Shown piece by piece: positions 29,706-39,512 of a DNA stretch of 64,000 nt. The stretch comes from a bacterium. GTDB lineage: Bacteria; Actinomycetota; Acidimicrobiia; Spongiisociales; Spongiisociaceae. The stretch spans positions 13,609 to 77,608 of the forward strand of contig JAPOQZ010000266.1 of the NCBI GenBank assembly GCA_026710435.1, in the 5' to 3' direction. The notes beneath the pieces were generated by a model. It saw only the letters and a list, made by a program, of their open reading frames with translations. It was not told the DNA's origin and made no database searches. Made by a program: the position numbers and the translations under genes. Positions within the stretch are counted from its first letter, which is position 1; each line of letters opens with the position of its first letter.

Positions 29706-31351
29706 TCGCCGCGGAGGCGGTACGGCGCCGGTTCATCGACATCGGTGGGCGGCGGCTCCAGTACCGGATCGCCGGTGAAGGGCCGCCGGTGGTCGTGCTC
29801 CACGACGTACCCGGCTCATCGACCCAAGTGGCCGGCCTAGCGGCCGAGTTGGCCAGAACCAGACGGGTGTACGTTCCGGACGCACCCGGTCACGGACTCT
29901 CATCCTCCACAGGCTCGGCCGAGGACCTGCCTGCCTTCTCCGAGTCGATCGTAGGGTTCGTCGAAGCTCTCGGTCTTGGCAGGGTCCCGCTGGTCGCCCC
30001 CGGCGTCGGGGGGCTCCTCGCGTTGACGGTGGCAGCCACCGACCCGGCGCGGTTCCCCGTCGTGGCCGACGACACCGTACTCACCTCCCGTGAGCGGCGG
30101 GTCCGGCTAGCGGAACACGGATACCCGTCTTTCTCCCCGCGTCTCGACGGCAGCCATCTTCCGGCGGCATGGCACTGGGCGCGAAGCCGCTTCATGTACC
30201 GGGCGCCTTCCGGTGGTACCGCCGAGGACCGGGTCCGGGCCGACCTTCCGTCTCCGGAATGGCTCAGTGACCTGGTGGTGGCGATCCTCCGGACCGGAGA
30301 CGGCTACGCGGACCTCGCCCGCCGGGCGCTGCTGCAGGATCCCGGTCCGGCGCTCCGGGCCTTGGAGGAAGGCGGCACGTTGCACGTGGCCGACTTCGGT
30401 CCTCCGGAATCCCCTTCGGATGCTGTCCTGCAGGCGGTGGAAGCCGTCGGCGATCTCTCGCCCGCTCCCGCACTTCCGTCCCAACCCGGGTCATTGCGCG
30501 GTTCCATCTCGCGGATGTTCGTCGACACCCCGCAGGGCCAACTGCATCTGAGACGATCGGGTAGCGGTGGTACGCCCCTGTTGATGATCCACCAGTCGCC
30601 CGGTTCGGCCGAGAGTCTGGAGACCATGATCTCCTGCCTAGCATCCGACCGGCTCGTCCTGGCGCCCGACACGCTCGGAAACGGCCACTCGGACAAACCT
30701 CCGGTGGACAGCGCCGACATCGGCTACTACTCCGACGTCTTGTCGGATGCCTTGAGCGAGCTGGGCATCGAAAGGGTCGACGTCTGGGGATCTCACACCG
30801 GAGCTCTCATCGCGATGGAGTTCGCCGTCCGGTATCCGGAACGGGTTCGGGCGGTCGGCATGGACGGGATCACGTTGTTCGATCCCGCCTTCGTCCGGGA
30901 GGCCCTCGCCAACTACTTCCCGCCTCTGGAGCCGGACATGCACGGGCTGCACCTCCTCCGAGCCTGGCTTATCCGTCTGGACATGTACCTGTACTGGCCC
31001 TGGTACAACCACACCGCCGCGGGCTCCAACATACGACCGCTACCCGATGTCGCAGCTCTGAAACAGTGGGCCGACGACCTGCTGGCGAGCGGGCGCAGCT
31101 GGCGCGTTGCCTACCGGGCCGCCTTCGAGTACCAGACTCGGGACCGCCTCCCGCTGCTGGCCCGGCCGACCCTCCTGGCCACGTCGCCGGTCGATCCGCT
31201 CCGTTTCTACTCCCAGGAGGCGGCACGGATCAGCAGCGCCGTCACGCTGGCCGAATCGGAAGGCTACGCCACTCCGGAGGCCTCGCGGCGCACCGCCGAG
31301 GTATACAGGGGTTTCTTCGACCGTCACGACGAACAGGAGTGCCATGTCTGA
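29702..31351 (+). CDS. Tandem double alpha/beta hydrolase-fold protein
   Basis: Domain 1 VVVLHDVPGSS..PDAPGHGLS; domain 2 LLMIHQSPGS..APDTLGNGHSD..VWGSHTGA; the apparent start is a CTG overlapping the upstream TGA. Confidence 0.85.
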   Translation: MIAAEAVRRRFIDIGGRRLQYRIAGEGPPVVVLHDVPGSSTQVAGLAAELARTRRVYVPDAPGHGLSSSTGSAEDLPAFSESIVGFVEALGLGRVPLVAPGVGGLLALTVAATDPARFPVVADDTVLTSRERRVRLAEHGYPSFSPRLDGSHLPAAWHWARSRFMYRAPSGGTAEDRVRADLPSPEWLSDLVVAILRTGDGYADLARRALLQDPGPALRALEEGGTLHVADFGPPESPSDAVLQAVEAVGDLSPAPALPSQPGSLRGSISRMFVDTPQGQLHLRRSGSGGTPLLMIHQSPGSAESLETMISCLASDRLVLAPDTLGNGHSDKPPVDSADIGYYSDVLSDALSELGIERVDVWGSHTGALIAMEFAVRYPERVRAVGMDGITLFDPAFVREALANYFPPLEPDMHGLHLLRAWLIRLDMYLYWPWYNHTAAGSNIRPLPDVAALKQWADDLLASGRSWRVAYRAAFEYQTRDRLPLLARPTLLATSPVDPLRFYSQEAARISSAVTLAESEGYATPEASRRTAEVYRGFFDRHDEQECHV

Positions 31352-32336
31352 ACACGGAACCGCTCTCGGGGTCTCCGTATGCGGGGTCGACAACCTCGAG
31401 GGATCGCTGGAGTACTACCGGGACCTGGTCGGCCTCGATGTCGTCGATAGGGGAACCTGGTCTGGTCGGGAGTTCGAGGATCACTGGCACCTGCCCGCCG
31501 GGAGTTCGGCCCGGACCGCCCTGCTCGGCTTCGGTGGCAGTCCTGTGGGCCGCGTACTGCTTCTCGAGTTCGACGCCTCCCAACGTCTGCGGGTACGGCC
31601 GCAGAAGGAGCGGGCCTTCTACGGGTTGTTCAACCTCAACTTCTACTGCTACGACATCCCGGCGGCGGTAGTGGAACTGAAGGAGCGCGGCTACGACGTG
31701 TGGAGCGATCCGCTCACCTACGATGTCTCGGCCCAGGCCGGCCAACCCACCGAGGTCCTGTACGACGGGCCTGACGGGGTCATCATCAACCTCGTCCAGC
31801 CGGCTGGCGGGGGAGGGACCGCCGTGGGCGAGATGAAGGCTTACCTGGACTCTCACGGTGTCACGCAGCGGGGCTTCACAGAGGTGGCGACCTCGTCCCA
31901 TCGGGTCAAGGACCGGGAGGCGGCTTTTGCCTTCCACCGCGATGTCCTCGGCCAGGACGTGTTCATAGACGCCACCCTCGGATCCGAGACCAGTAACCAA
32001 CTGTGGGCCCTCCCGGACGAGGCTCGTACGAGGGCTACGTTCATGCGGGGTGCCCATCCGTTCGGCAAGGTCGTCCTGAGCCAACCCCTCAACTACCGGC
32101 CACCCGACTTCGTCCCTCGCGCGGTCGCTCCCAACATCGGCTACCTGGCGATGGTGTTCCCGGTATCGGATCTCGGCACTGCTCTGGGTGCGGCCGACCT
32201 GGGTGACGACGGAGTAATAAACCCACCCGCGGAGATGCTGCTCCCAGGCGTGGGTAGGAGGGCCGTGGCCGCCATCAGGGCTCCCGGCAGTGGGGCACGC
32301 TACGAACTCATGGAGGACGAGGTCCCTCTGCCCTGA
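31344..32336 (+). CDS. VOC family protein, two domains
   Basis: AGGAG RBS; GVDNLEGSLEYY, GPDGVIINLVQ, APNIGYL. Confidence 0.85.
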   Translation: MSEHGTALGVSVCGVDNLEGSLEYYRDLVGLDVVDRGTWSGREFEDHWHLPAGSSARTALLGFGGSPVGRVLLLEFDASQRLRVRPQKERAFYGLFNLNFYCYDIPAAVVELKERGYDVWSDPLTYDVSAQAGQPTEVLYDGPDGVIINLVQPAGGGGTAVGEMKAYLDSHGVTQRGFTEVATSSHRVKDREAAFAFHRDVLGQDVFIDATLGSETSNQLWALPDEARTRATFMRGAHPFGKVVLSQPLNYRPPDFVPRAVAPNIGYLAMVFPVSDLGTALGAADLGDDGVINPPAEMLLPGVGRRAVAAIRAPGSGARYELMEDEVPLP

Positions 32337-32414
32337 GTCAACACAGCAACCGGAGAACGTCGGTTCATGGCGCATGCTTGGTCGCTGCGCCACCGTAGCT
32401 GTACAGTCCATCTG

Positions 32415-33455
32415 GTGCGGGGCGCCATATACCGGGAGTTCAACGGGCCGATCACGGTGCAGGAATTGCCCGATCCGCTGCTGCCCGACGACGGGGTACT
32501 GATCGAGGTGAGGGCTTCGGGGCTGTGCCGGAGCGATCTGTTCGCCTGGCACGGCCACGACCGCGACATCTCGTTGCCGCACGTACCAGGGCACGAGTTC
32601 GCCGGAGTGGTCGCAGGAGTAGGTGCAGGCGTAGCGCGCTGGTCGGTGGGTGACCGGGTGACCGCACCTTTCTGCTGCGGTTGCGGCGCCTGCGACCAGT
32701 GCGACGCGGGTAACGAGCAGATCTGCGACAACTACTTCCAGCCCGGATTCACCCATTGGGGCGCCTTCGCCCGCCTTTGCGCAATCCCCCACGCCGATAC
32801 CAACCTGGCGGAACTCCCGGAGGAACTGTCGTTCGAGCATGGCGCCATCCTCGGCTGCCGCATGATCACCGCTTACCGGGCCCTTGTCGAGCGGGCCCGG
32901 CTTGTCTCGGGCGAGTGGCTGGCCGTCCACGGATGTGGAGGACTCGGACTGTGCATGGTGATGATCGGCGCGGCTGTCGGCGCCCGGGTGGTGGCTGTGG
33001 ACATCGACGAGGACGCTCTGGCTCTGGCGAGGGCTGCGGGCGCGGTCTCGGCCGTCACCGCCGATCCCGACAACGGCCGGGCCACGGTGGGAGCGGTGCG
33101 CGACGCCACAGCCGGGGGCGCCCACGTGTCGGTCGATGCCCTGGGAAACGCCGAGGTGGCCGCCAACTCGATCCGGAGCCTGCGCAAGCAAGGACGCCAT
33201 GTGCAGGCGGGGCTGGTGGCCCGGCGTGCGACGGCGCTACCGATCGCAACGGTCGTGGCCAAGGAGCTCGAAGTGCTCGGAACGAAGGGGATGTCGGCTC
33301 GCCGTTACCCGGCCCTCATGGAGTTGATCCGAGCCTCGCGCATCGACCTGAGCCTCCTGGTCCAGCGGACTATGGGGCTTGGCGACCTGCCTGAGGCGTT
33401 CGAGGCCATGGAGCGCTTCGGTGGAAGCGGCGTCGCGGTTGTCAACGACTTCTGA
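32415..33455 (+). CDS. Zinc-dependent alcohol dehydrogenase family protein
   Basis: GLCRSD, PGHEFAG, CCGCGACDQC...C structural Zn cluster, VHGCGGLG. Confidence 0.93.
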   Translation: MRGAIYREFNGPITVQELPDPLLPDDGVLIEVRASGLCRSDLFAWHGHDRDISLPHVPGHEFAGVVAGVGAGVARWSVGDRVTAPFCCGCGACDQCDAGNEQICDNYFQPGFTHWGAFARLCAIPHADTNLAELPEELSFEHGAILGCRMITAYRALVERARLVSGEWLAVHGCGGLGLCMVMIGAAVGARVVAVDIDEDALALARAAGAVSAVTADPDNGRATVGAVRDATAGGAHVSVDALGNAEVAANSIRSLRKQGRHVQAGLVARRATALPIATVVAKELEVLGTKGMSARRYPALMELIRASRIDLSLLVQRTMGLGDLPEAFEAMERFGGSGVAVVNDF

Positions 33456-33568
33456 ACTTCAAGCAGGGGTCAGCGGAAAACCGACTCTCTGTCGACAGTA
33501 CGGTCGTGCGGCCAGAGAGTTGTACTCGAGCATCTTCACCAGACCTGACATCGTCAGATTGTTTATGG

Positions 33569-33672
33569 CAGGCTGCTGAACAACGACGATTGCTCGGGCC
33601 TTCCGCCTGCCGACCCAGGAGTCATTCCGACGATTGTCGTGCCGCTCGTGGATTGCGCAGTATTCCTCCTAG
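33569..33672 (+). mobile_element. MITE family A copy 4 (diverged)
   Basis: CAGGCTGCTGAACAACGACGATTGCTCGGGCC...GGATTGCGCAGTATTCCTC-CTAG. Confidence 0.75.
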
Positions 33673-34087
33673 TGTCCTGTATCGGGAGTTCGCTGGAGAT
33701 AGCCGCCTCCGCCTGACATGCACCGGTTCCGGGGGTGCCGAGACCGCGAAAACCGTCGAGGTGGTCTCCTCCGGCGGGCCCTCCCCCAACCGCCACCTCC
33801 TCGGCGTCGAACGCGTCCCGCCGTACCCTCTGCGAGGGGCTGGGTGGGCAAACATGAACCAAGTCACGGTCCGGTCGGTACCGGAAGCGGACCGTTGGCG
33901 CTTTGCGGTTATCTACAAGCATGCAACAGGCCTGTGACACAACCATCCCGTCGCATGACTGCACGTCTTCTGGACACAACCGAACTAAAGACTCGGGACA
34001 GTAGGAGGGGTGCGCGGCTTGCGACGTTTGGACGGCTGGATGGCTGCGACCGGCGGCTTTCGGCGTTCTTCCTTTACGGGTGGACGT

Positions 34088-35047
34088 TCAGACCGGGGGT
34101 GGGGAAGGGGTTCGGGAAGTGTGCTCGGCCGACAGCAGGGCTTTCCCGGAGGGGCTCATCAGGGCGGCCGCCACCCCTATGAGGGTTACCGCTCCGCCGC
34201 CGACATGGACCAGCGTCACAGTTTCTCCGAGGAAGAACCAGGCCATGGCTCCTGCCAGGAAGGGAAGGGCGAGGTTCATGAGCGGAGGTACGTTGGCCGG
34301 CACCCAGCGCAGGCTCCAAGTCAGCAGGATGGCGCCGAGGCCGCCCGGTATGACGACCAGGCCCAGGACGTAGAACATGTCGGTGCTCGTAACTTGCCAG
34401 ATGTCCTGGCGGGTGACGAGACAGAACAGCGACACGAACAGGGCGCTGACCAGGAGATAGCCCATCGTCAACGGCATGGTGTCCATCGTTCCCCTGGCCA
34501 GCTTCAGGGTTACGAACTGCAGCGAGTAGGCGATCACGGACACGACGCCCAGAGCGATACCGAATGGGTTGCCGTCCGCTCCGGTGGACCCCCCAAGGAT
34601 CACCACGGACGAACCAAGAATCGCCACCAGCGTCCACAGTCGGAAGCGTATGCCTGGACGTTCCCCGAACAGCGGGATGGCCCACAGCGCGATGAGGACC
34701 GGATTGAGCATGGTCAGCAGCGAGATGTCCGCAACGGACGTGAACTTGACCGCGATCATGAACATAGTGGTGGACACCGCATTGAAGAAACCCGCCCAAG
34801 CCGGGATCTTCCACTCCCGGCCGCCTGGCAGGGCGAGATCGAGACGCCCGGCTAGGGCGACCACTGCGAAGGTCACCGCGATCCCGATCCAGGAGCGCCA
34901 GAACGCGAACACCGGACCGCTCGTCGATGACGCTTGGACGAAGACCGGAGCGGTGCTGAAGGCGACCACCGACAGCCCGATCATTATCAGAGGTCGGCGC
35001 GTGCCGAGGTCACGCAGCCTTCGTGCTGCGGAGGGGGGGTTCAGCAC
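34088..35047 (-). CDS. EamA/DMT family transporter
   Basis: About 10 TM helices, AFWRS, TSVADISLL..LNPV, LFGERP, WFFLGET; start uncertain. Confidence 0.88.
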   Translation of the reverse strand: MLNPPSAARRLRDLGTRRPLIMIGLSVVAFSTAPVFVQASSTSGPVFAFWRSWIGIAVTFAVVALAGRLDLALPGGREWKIPAWAGFFNAVSTTMFMIAVKFTSVADISLLTMLNPVLIALWAIPLFGERPGIRFRLWTLVAILGSSVVILGGSTGADGNPFGIALGVVSVIAYSLQFVTLKLARGTMDTMPLTMGYLLVSALFVSLFCLVTRQDIWQVTSTDMFYVLGLVVIPGGLGAILLTWSLRWVPANVPPLMNLALPFLAGAMAWFFLGETVTLVHVGGGAVTLIGVAAALMSPSGKALLSAEHTSRTPSPPPV

Positions 35048-35134
35048 TTCACTCGAGTGCTGAACACGGTGCGGGGGTCGTTCTCCATTTCGCCCTCTCG
35101 GAGGGTGCGCGGATGGGCGGGCGCGACCTTCTCC

Positions 35135-35239
35135 CAAGGGGAGTGCCGAACAGTGACGATTGCTCGGGCCTGCCGCCCGCCGACCCAGGAACCATGCCGG
35201 CGATGGCAGGCGCTGGTGGATTGCTCGGCACCCTCCTAA
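35135..35239 (+). mobile_element. MITE family A copy 5 (diverged)
   Basis: GGGAGTGCCGAACAGTGACGATTGCTCGGGCCTGCCGCCCGCC...TCGGCACCCTC-CTAA. Confidence 0.8.
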
Positions 35240-35368
35240 ACTCTACGCAGTCCGCATGTGAAACACCGCCGGATGTTTCTGAGTTGTCGCTAAGCGTCGC
35301 CGCCACCGTTGTTCCCGGGTGAGCAACACCCCTCAGCGCGCCCTCCACGAGCGCCTCGCCTGGCTCCA

Positions 35369-36325
35369 TCACAGGGGTTGGCGGATCTCGAAGCGTTCCT
35401 CGTTGGGTCCGGCCAGGATCGCGATCCTGTACCGATCACCTCCCACCGGCACTTCCGATGGGCCGGCGAGGATCTCGTCGGGGTTGGCCCGGTCCAGGAC
35501 CTCGTCCAGGTCCGCCACATCGTGGGTATAGAGGGAGATTCCGAGGTTGCGGGGATGCATGCGACCTGTGAGCCGGCGTCCGGTGCCCTCGTAGAAGTGG
35601 ACGAGGAGGTACTTGCCGCTCGGGTCCGGCGGTGCATTGAATACCAGGAAGTGCATAGGTGTGCCGGGAGGAGCTCCCACCAGTTCGTTGGCGACGTCGA
35701 GCAGGTCGTCGGCGACGTCGGCCGCGCTGCGGACATTCAATCCCAGCACCTCCCCGTAGAAACGTCTACTGGTGTCGGGATCGTCGCATATGACCGAAAC
35801 CGTGGCGATCTCGCTGTAGCGGGCGCCGGGTGGTTGAACCCGGTGCGAGCTGGCCGGGTGGTTGACCGCCACCATGAGCAGGAAGGGAACCCCGTCCGGG
35901 CCGGTGAACAGCAGTTCCTCCGTCTCGGTAGGTCCGATCACGTAGTGGATCGGTCGCGAACGGGGAGGGAAGCCGGCGGCGGTCATCTCGGCGATGGCCT
36001 CGGCCAGGTCATGGTTCGCGTAGAAGTCGATCGCCTTGGGACCCACGTCCACGGCCGCGTCCGGACCGTCAAGGTCATCTCGCACCCGCTGCGTGGCAGG
36101 CGGGTCGTGTTCCACCAACCGGAGGTGGCCACTCGGGTAGCCCTGATAGGAGAGGTGAGTGACCCGCGCTGTGGTCTCCGGGTCCAGACCCCAGAGGTCG
36201 AGGAGTGGGCGGCTTGCCTCCCACTGAGACTCGATGCGAAGGCCTACCACGTCACGGAACAGGCGTAGGGCTGCCCCGGTTTCGCTTACACCGATGGTCA
36301 CTATCCGCAACGGTCCTACGGACAT
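35369..36325 (-). CDS. VOC family protein, two domains
   Basis: AAAGGA RBS; VTIGVSE, TGPDGVPF, SRRFYGEVLGL, AGPNEERFEI. Confidence 0.85.
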   Translation of the reverse strand: MSVGPLRIVTIGVSETGAALRLFRDVVGLRIESQWEASRPLLDLWGLDPETTARVTHLSYQGYPSGHLRLVEHDPPATQRVRDDLDGPDAAVDVGPKAIDFYANHDLAEAIAEMTAAGFPPRSRPIHYVIGPTETEELLFTGPDGVPFLLMVAVNHPASSHRVQPPGARYSEIATVSVICDDPDTSRRFYGEVLGLNVRSAADVADDLLDVANELVGAPPGTPMHFLVFNAPPDPSGKYLLVHFYEGTGRRLTGRMHPRNLGISLYTHDVADLDEVLDRANPDEILAGPSEVPVGGDRYRIAILAGPNEERFEIRQPL

Positions 36326-36362
36326 GTCGCGTCCTTTCCGGAGGATAGGTTCGATCCTACTC

Positions 36363-36569
36363 CGAGCCCCGATTGTCCATCGGGGTTTGCACCGGAGGAA
36401 CGGGGTGTGGGATGTGAGCTTCTGGCGAGGGACTCCGGCCCCCTCGATAGTCTCGTTTCGGCCCGGTGCCACCTTCACCTGTTGAATGAAGCCCGGCCCG
36501 ATCGCGATGGACTGGCTGATGCGGCATGTTGCCCCGGGCATGTCTGGAAACACGAAGATTCAGCGCTGG
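36363..36569 (-). mobile_element. MITE family B copy 4 (inverted)
   Basis: CCCCGATTGTCCAT...GAGCTTCTGGCGAGGG...CACGAAGATTCAGCG; its end supplies the TGA stop of the LLM gene. Confidence 0.8.
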
Positions 36570-37579
36570 GTACCTGCCAGGATCGCCTCGCGGAGTTCGG
36601 CTCTCGCCACCGCGGCATCCTGCCGGGTCAGCCCGAAGGGTTCCGGCAGGTGCGAGTAGAAGTTTCCGCATCCCACGGGCACCACCTCGTCAACCTCATC
36701 CACTGCCGCCAGATTCATCATGACCCGATCCGGCGTGCTGACCAGGATGAAGTCACGTACCAGATCGTCGGTCAGCAGCCGGGCCGCATCCTTCCAACGT
36801 CCGAGCCCCACGAGCCCGGCGAATTCGTCGCTCAGCTCCCGGCCCGCAGCTTCGGCGAGGCGCTCCTTGTACCAGGGCCTCGACATAGCCACGGTGAGAT
36901 CAGCACGCGCCAGGTGGAGTGCCCTCTCCTCGTCTGGATCCACGGAGACCACCATTCCCGTGCTGAGATGGAACGGCCGGGCCCGATCCCGGTTGACGCT
37001 GATAATGGATATCCGGTTCCGTAGGACGGGGCGGGCTGTCATGAGATGCAGGATCACGCCGTCGCTGTGGCGGGCCGCCCACCGGAGGGTCTTGGGACCC
37101 TGCGCTCCGATCACGACCGGGACCCGGTCCGCGCCGAGACCCAATCCCGGCGAAGCAGCGCGGTGGTGATCGGTCACTATCTCGACCGGTTCGCCGGCAC
37201 GTCCCCGCAGCACGGCTAGGACGCACTCGGTGAAGCTGCGCAGGCGCGCCAGGGGAGGCCGGTATCCCACGCCATGGGAGTGTTCGTTCGTGGTCGGTGT
37301 TCCGATTCCCAGGCCGAGGACGAGCCTGCGTCCGAAACTTGCGATGCTCGCGGCCGCGAGTGCGGTCTGGAGGGGTGAGCGGGTGGGCAGCGCGACTCCG
37401 ATCGAGAGCGGGACGTGCTCGGTGGCGGTCAAGGCCAGAGTGGCATCGACGAAGCCGTCCCGGCCCGGTACATCTGCCGACAGGATACTGCTGGATCGGC
37501 CAAGCTCGGCCCGTCGACAATCATCGAACCAGTCACGCGAAGACTCGGACAGCGCCCGGCAATAGGAGACATGTGCCAT
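36560..37579 (-). CDS. LLM-class oxidoreductase (divergent)
   Basis: LALTATEHVPLSIGVA..TRSP..TA.AAA, RLVLGLGIG, PVVIGAQGPK..RWAARHSDGV. Confidence 0.8.
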   Translation of the reverse strand: MAHVSYCRALSESSRDWFDDCRRAELGRSSSILSADVPGRDGFVDATLALTATEHVPLSIGVALPTRSPLQTALAAASIASFGRRLVLGLGIGTPTTNEHSHGVGYRPPLARLRSFTECVLAVLRGRAGEPVEIVTDHHRAASPGLGLGADRVPVVIGAQGPKTLRWAARHSDGVILHLMTARPVLRNRISIISVNRDRARPFHLSTGMVVSVDPDEERALHLARADLTVAMSRPWYKERLAEAAGRELSDEFAGLVGLGRWKDAARLLTDDLVRDFILVSTPDRVMMNLAAVDEVDEVVPVGCGNFYSHLPEPFGLTRQDAAVARAELREAILAGTQR

Positions 37580-37835
37580 TGGTGATCTCGTCTTCTCGTG
37601 GTCGGGCATGCGGAACAACACGTAAACGCCCGCGGAGTCCTGCTTGTTCCGACTATGGGAACCATAGCTAACGCCAGAGAATAACCAACGGACACAAGGC
37701 GAGGTGATGATCCGATACGATAGGCAAAGGTTCGAGGATATCCCCCGACGATCCTGGAAATGATCGCCGTTTACAGACTTTTGAACTAGAAACCTGTAAG
37801 AAGGTTGAAGCTGGTGGGGCAGAGTATCGATTCTC

Positions 37836-38442
37836 ATGCAATTGGACAACACGGATCTGGAGATTGTTCGCCTGCTAGGAGGGTGCTGAGCAATCCACCA
37901 GCGGCCTGCCAACCGCCGGCATAATTCCTGGGCTGGCGGGCGGCAGGCCCGAGCAATCGTCATTGTTCAGCACCCTGCTAAGTGAAGACGGCCGGGCAAG
38001 TTACAGCGATATATCGAAATCCATCAGGGTTAGCGCGGGGACCGTTCGCAATCGAATCAACCACATGCGCTCAGCTGGCTTTCTCCATGTCAAGGGATGG
38101 CTCTATCCCTATCGTTCTGGGGTTGGCGTCCATGCGATCCTGCTGGTCAAGGTTCGATGCGGGCGGGTCGACGAGGCAATTTCGGCCCTCGTAGACCTCG
38201 ACGAGACCGGCTACGTGGCGACTCCGGCAGGTTCCTGGGACGCAGTGGTCGACGTATTCTGTGACGATGTGGCGCATCTACGTCGGTTTATACACGACAA
38301 GATTCAGAGGATCGATGGTGTCCTGGACTTCTCCACCCATCTCGTAACAGAGACCAAATACGAGTCGAGCGTCAACTTTCTCGGAATCTACTCTGACTCC
38401 AGGGGTGGAACTGCTCCGTCAGTGCCCCCAACCCGAGTCTGA
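37836..38442 (+). pseudogene. Lrp/AsnC family transcriptional regulator interrupted by a MITE
   Basis: MQLDNTDLEIVRLL | 103-bp insert | SEDGRASYSDISKSIRVSAGTVRNRI...GSWD; removing the insert restores a canonical AsnC HTH. Confidence 0.88.
37875..37981 (-). mobile_element. MITE family A copy 6 (99 bp, inside the Lrp/AsnC gene)
   Basis: CTAG-GAGGGTGCTGAGC...GTTCAGCACCCTG-CTAA; near-identical to the reverse complement of copy 2. Confidence 0.9.
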
Positions 38443-38585
38443 CCAGCGCGGGGCGGGACTACCTGCCTGTGGAGGCGCTGGCGACCGGGTAGCATGAGGT
38501 GCCGCGGAGGCGGTTTCCGACTGTCGCCGGCCCGGAGAGTCCGTCCTTCGCATCTTGGTCAGAATGGACATCCCGGGGAGTACCG

Positions 38586-39512
38586 ATGATCTCACCTATA
38601 TCGGTTGCCACGATCGGGGTCAGCGACCTCGAGAGATCGGCCAGGTTCTACCGACACCTGCTGGATTGGGAGTTGGTGGCGGCAGGGGACGTGGACGGGC
38701 CCGATCTCGAGGCCCTATGGCGAATGCCCGCCGGCCTGCGTGGTCGGGCGGTGGTGATAGGTGCTCCCGGCACCGCCCTGGGTCGCGTCCGGCTCATCGA
38801 ATGGGCGAAGCCGGGAGAGATGGTGCGCGATCCCGCCCGGAACCAGGACTTCGGGCACTACGCCCTCAACTTTCGGGTTGGCGATCTGGAGTCGGTCTGG
38901 GAACGCCTCGAGGAGATCGGGGGCAGCGCCAGGTCGAGGCCCAACACATGGGTGGTGGCTGAAGGTATCCTCGCCCATGACTCGCTGTGCTACGACCCCG
39001 ACCGCATTACATGTGACGTGTTCGAGCTTCCCGACGAGGGCCCACTCGGTCCTCTGGGCGATCGCCCGTCCAGCGAACTCCAGACGATGGCGATCCGTCC
39101 GAGCGACATTGCTGCTTCAGTGGCGTTCTACCAGGGCTTGGGATATGAGGTTTGGTACGACCACAAGACCGACGGGATAGAGGGATTCCTCCATCTCCCG
39201 GAGGGCACCACGCTCCACAATGTGAACTTCCACATGCCGCGGCAGAGCCGTAACGGGCGCGTCGAGCTGGCCGCTTACCTCGGGTTTCCCGGAGTGCCGA
39301 CTTCGCATCTGGCGGTGCCTCCCAATATCGGCATCATGTCGATCACGTTCGAGAGCGATGACTTCGACCACGACGTGAGCCTCTTGGAGAAGGTGGGAGG
39401 CTTCCCGGTTGCTACTTCTGACGGGGTGGAGATCGTACCTTATGGGCCAACCAGGGTCGCCACGTACTTGGGACCCGACGGCGAGGCCATCGAATTGGTG
39501 GAGGTCGGATGA
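38586..39512 (+). CDS. VOC family protein, two domains
   Basis: GGGGAG RBS; ATIGVSDLERS..FY, GHYALNFRV, PPNIGIMSITFE, YLGPDGEAIELVE; close paralog of 22060-23052. Confidence 0.88.
   Translation: MISPISVATIGVSDLERSARFYRHLLDWELVAAGDVDGPDLEALWRMPAGLRGRAVVIGAPGTALGRVRLIEWAKPGEMVRDPARNQDFGHYALNFRVGDLESVWERLEEIGGSARSRPNTWVVAEGILAHDSLCYDPDRITCDVFELPDEGPLGPLGDRPSSELQTMAIRPSDIAASVAFYQGLGYEVWYDHKTDGIEGFLHLPEGTTLHNVNFHMPRQSRNGRVELAAYLGFPGVPTSHLAVPPNIGIMSITFESDDFDHDVSLLEKVGGFPVATSDGVEIVPYGPTRVATYLGPDGEAIELVEVG

Noticed and set aside
33563-33979. Short ORFs between the ADH and EamA genes
   Set aside because: They run into a MITE copy and have no RBS or recognisable domain.
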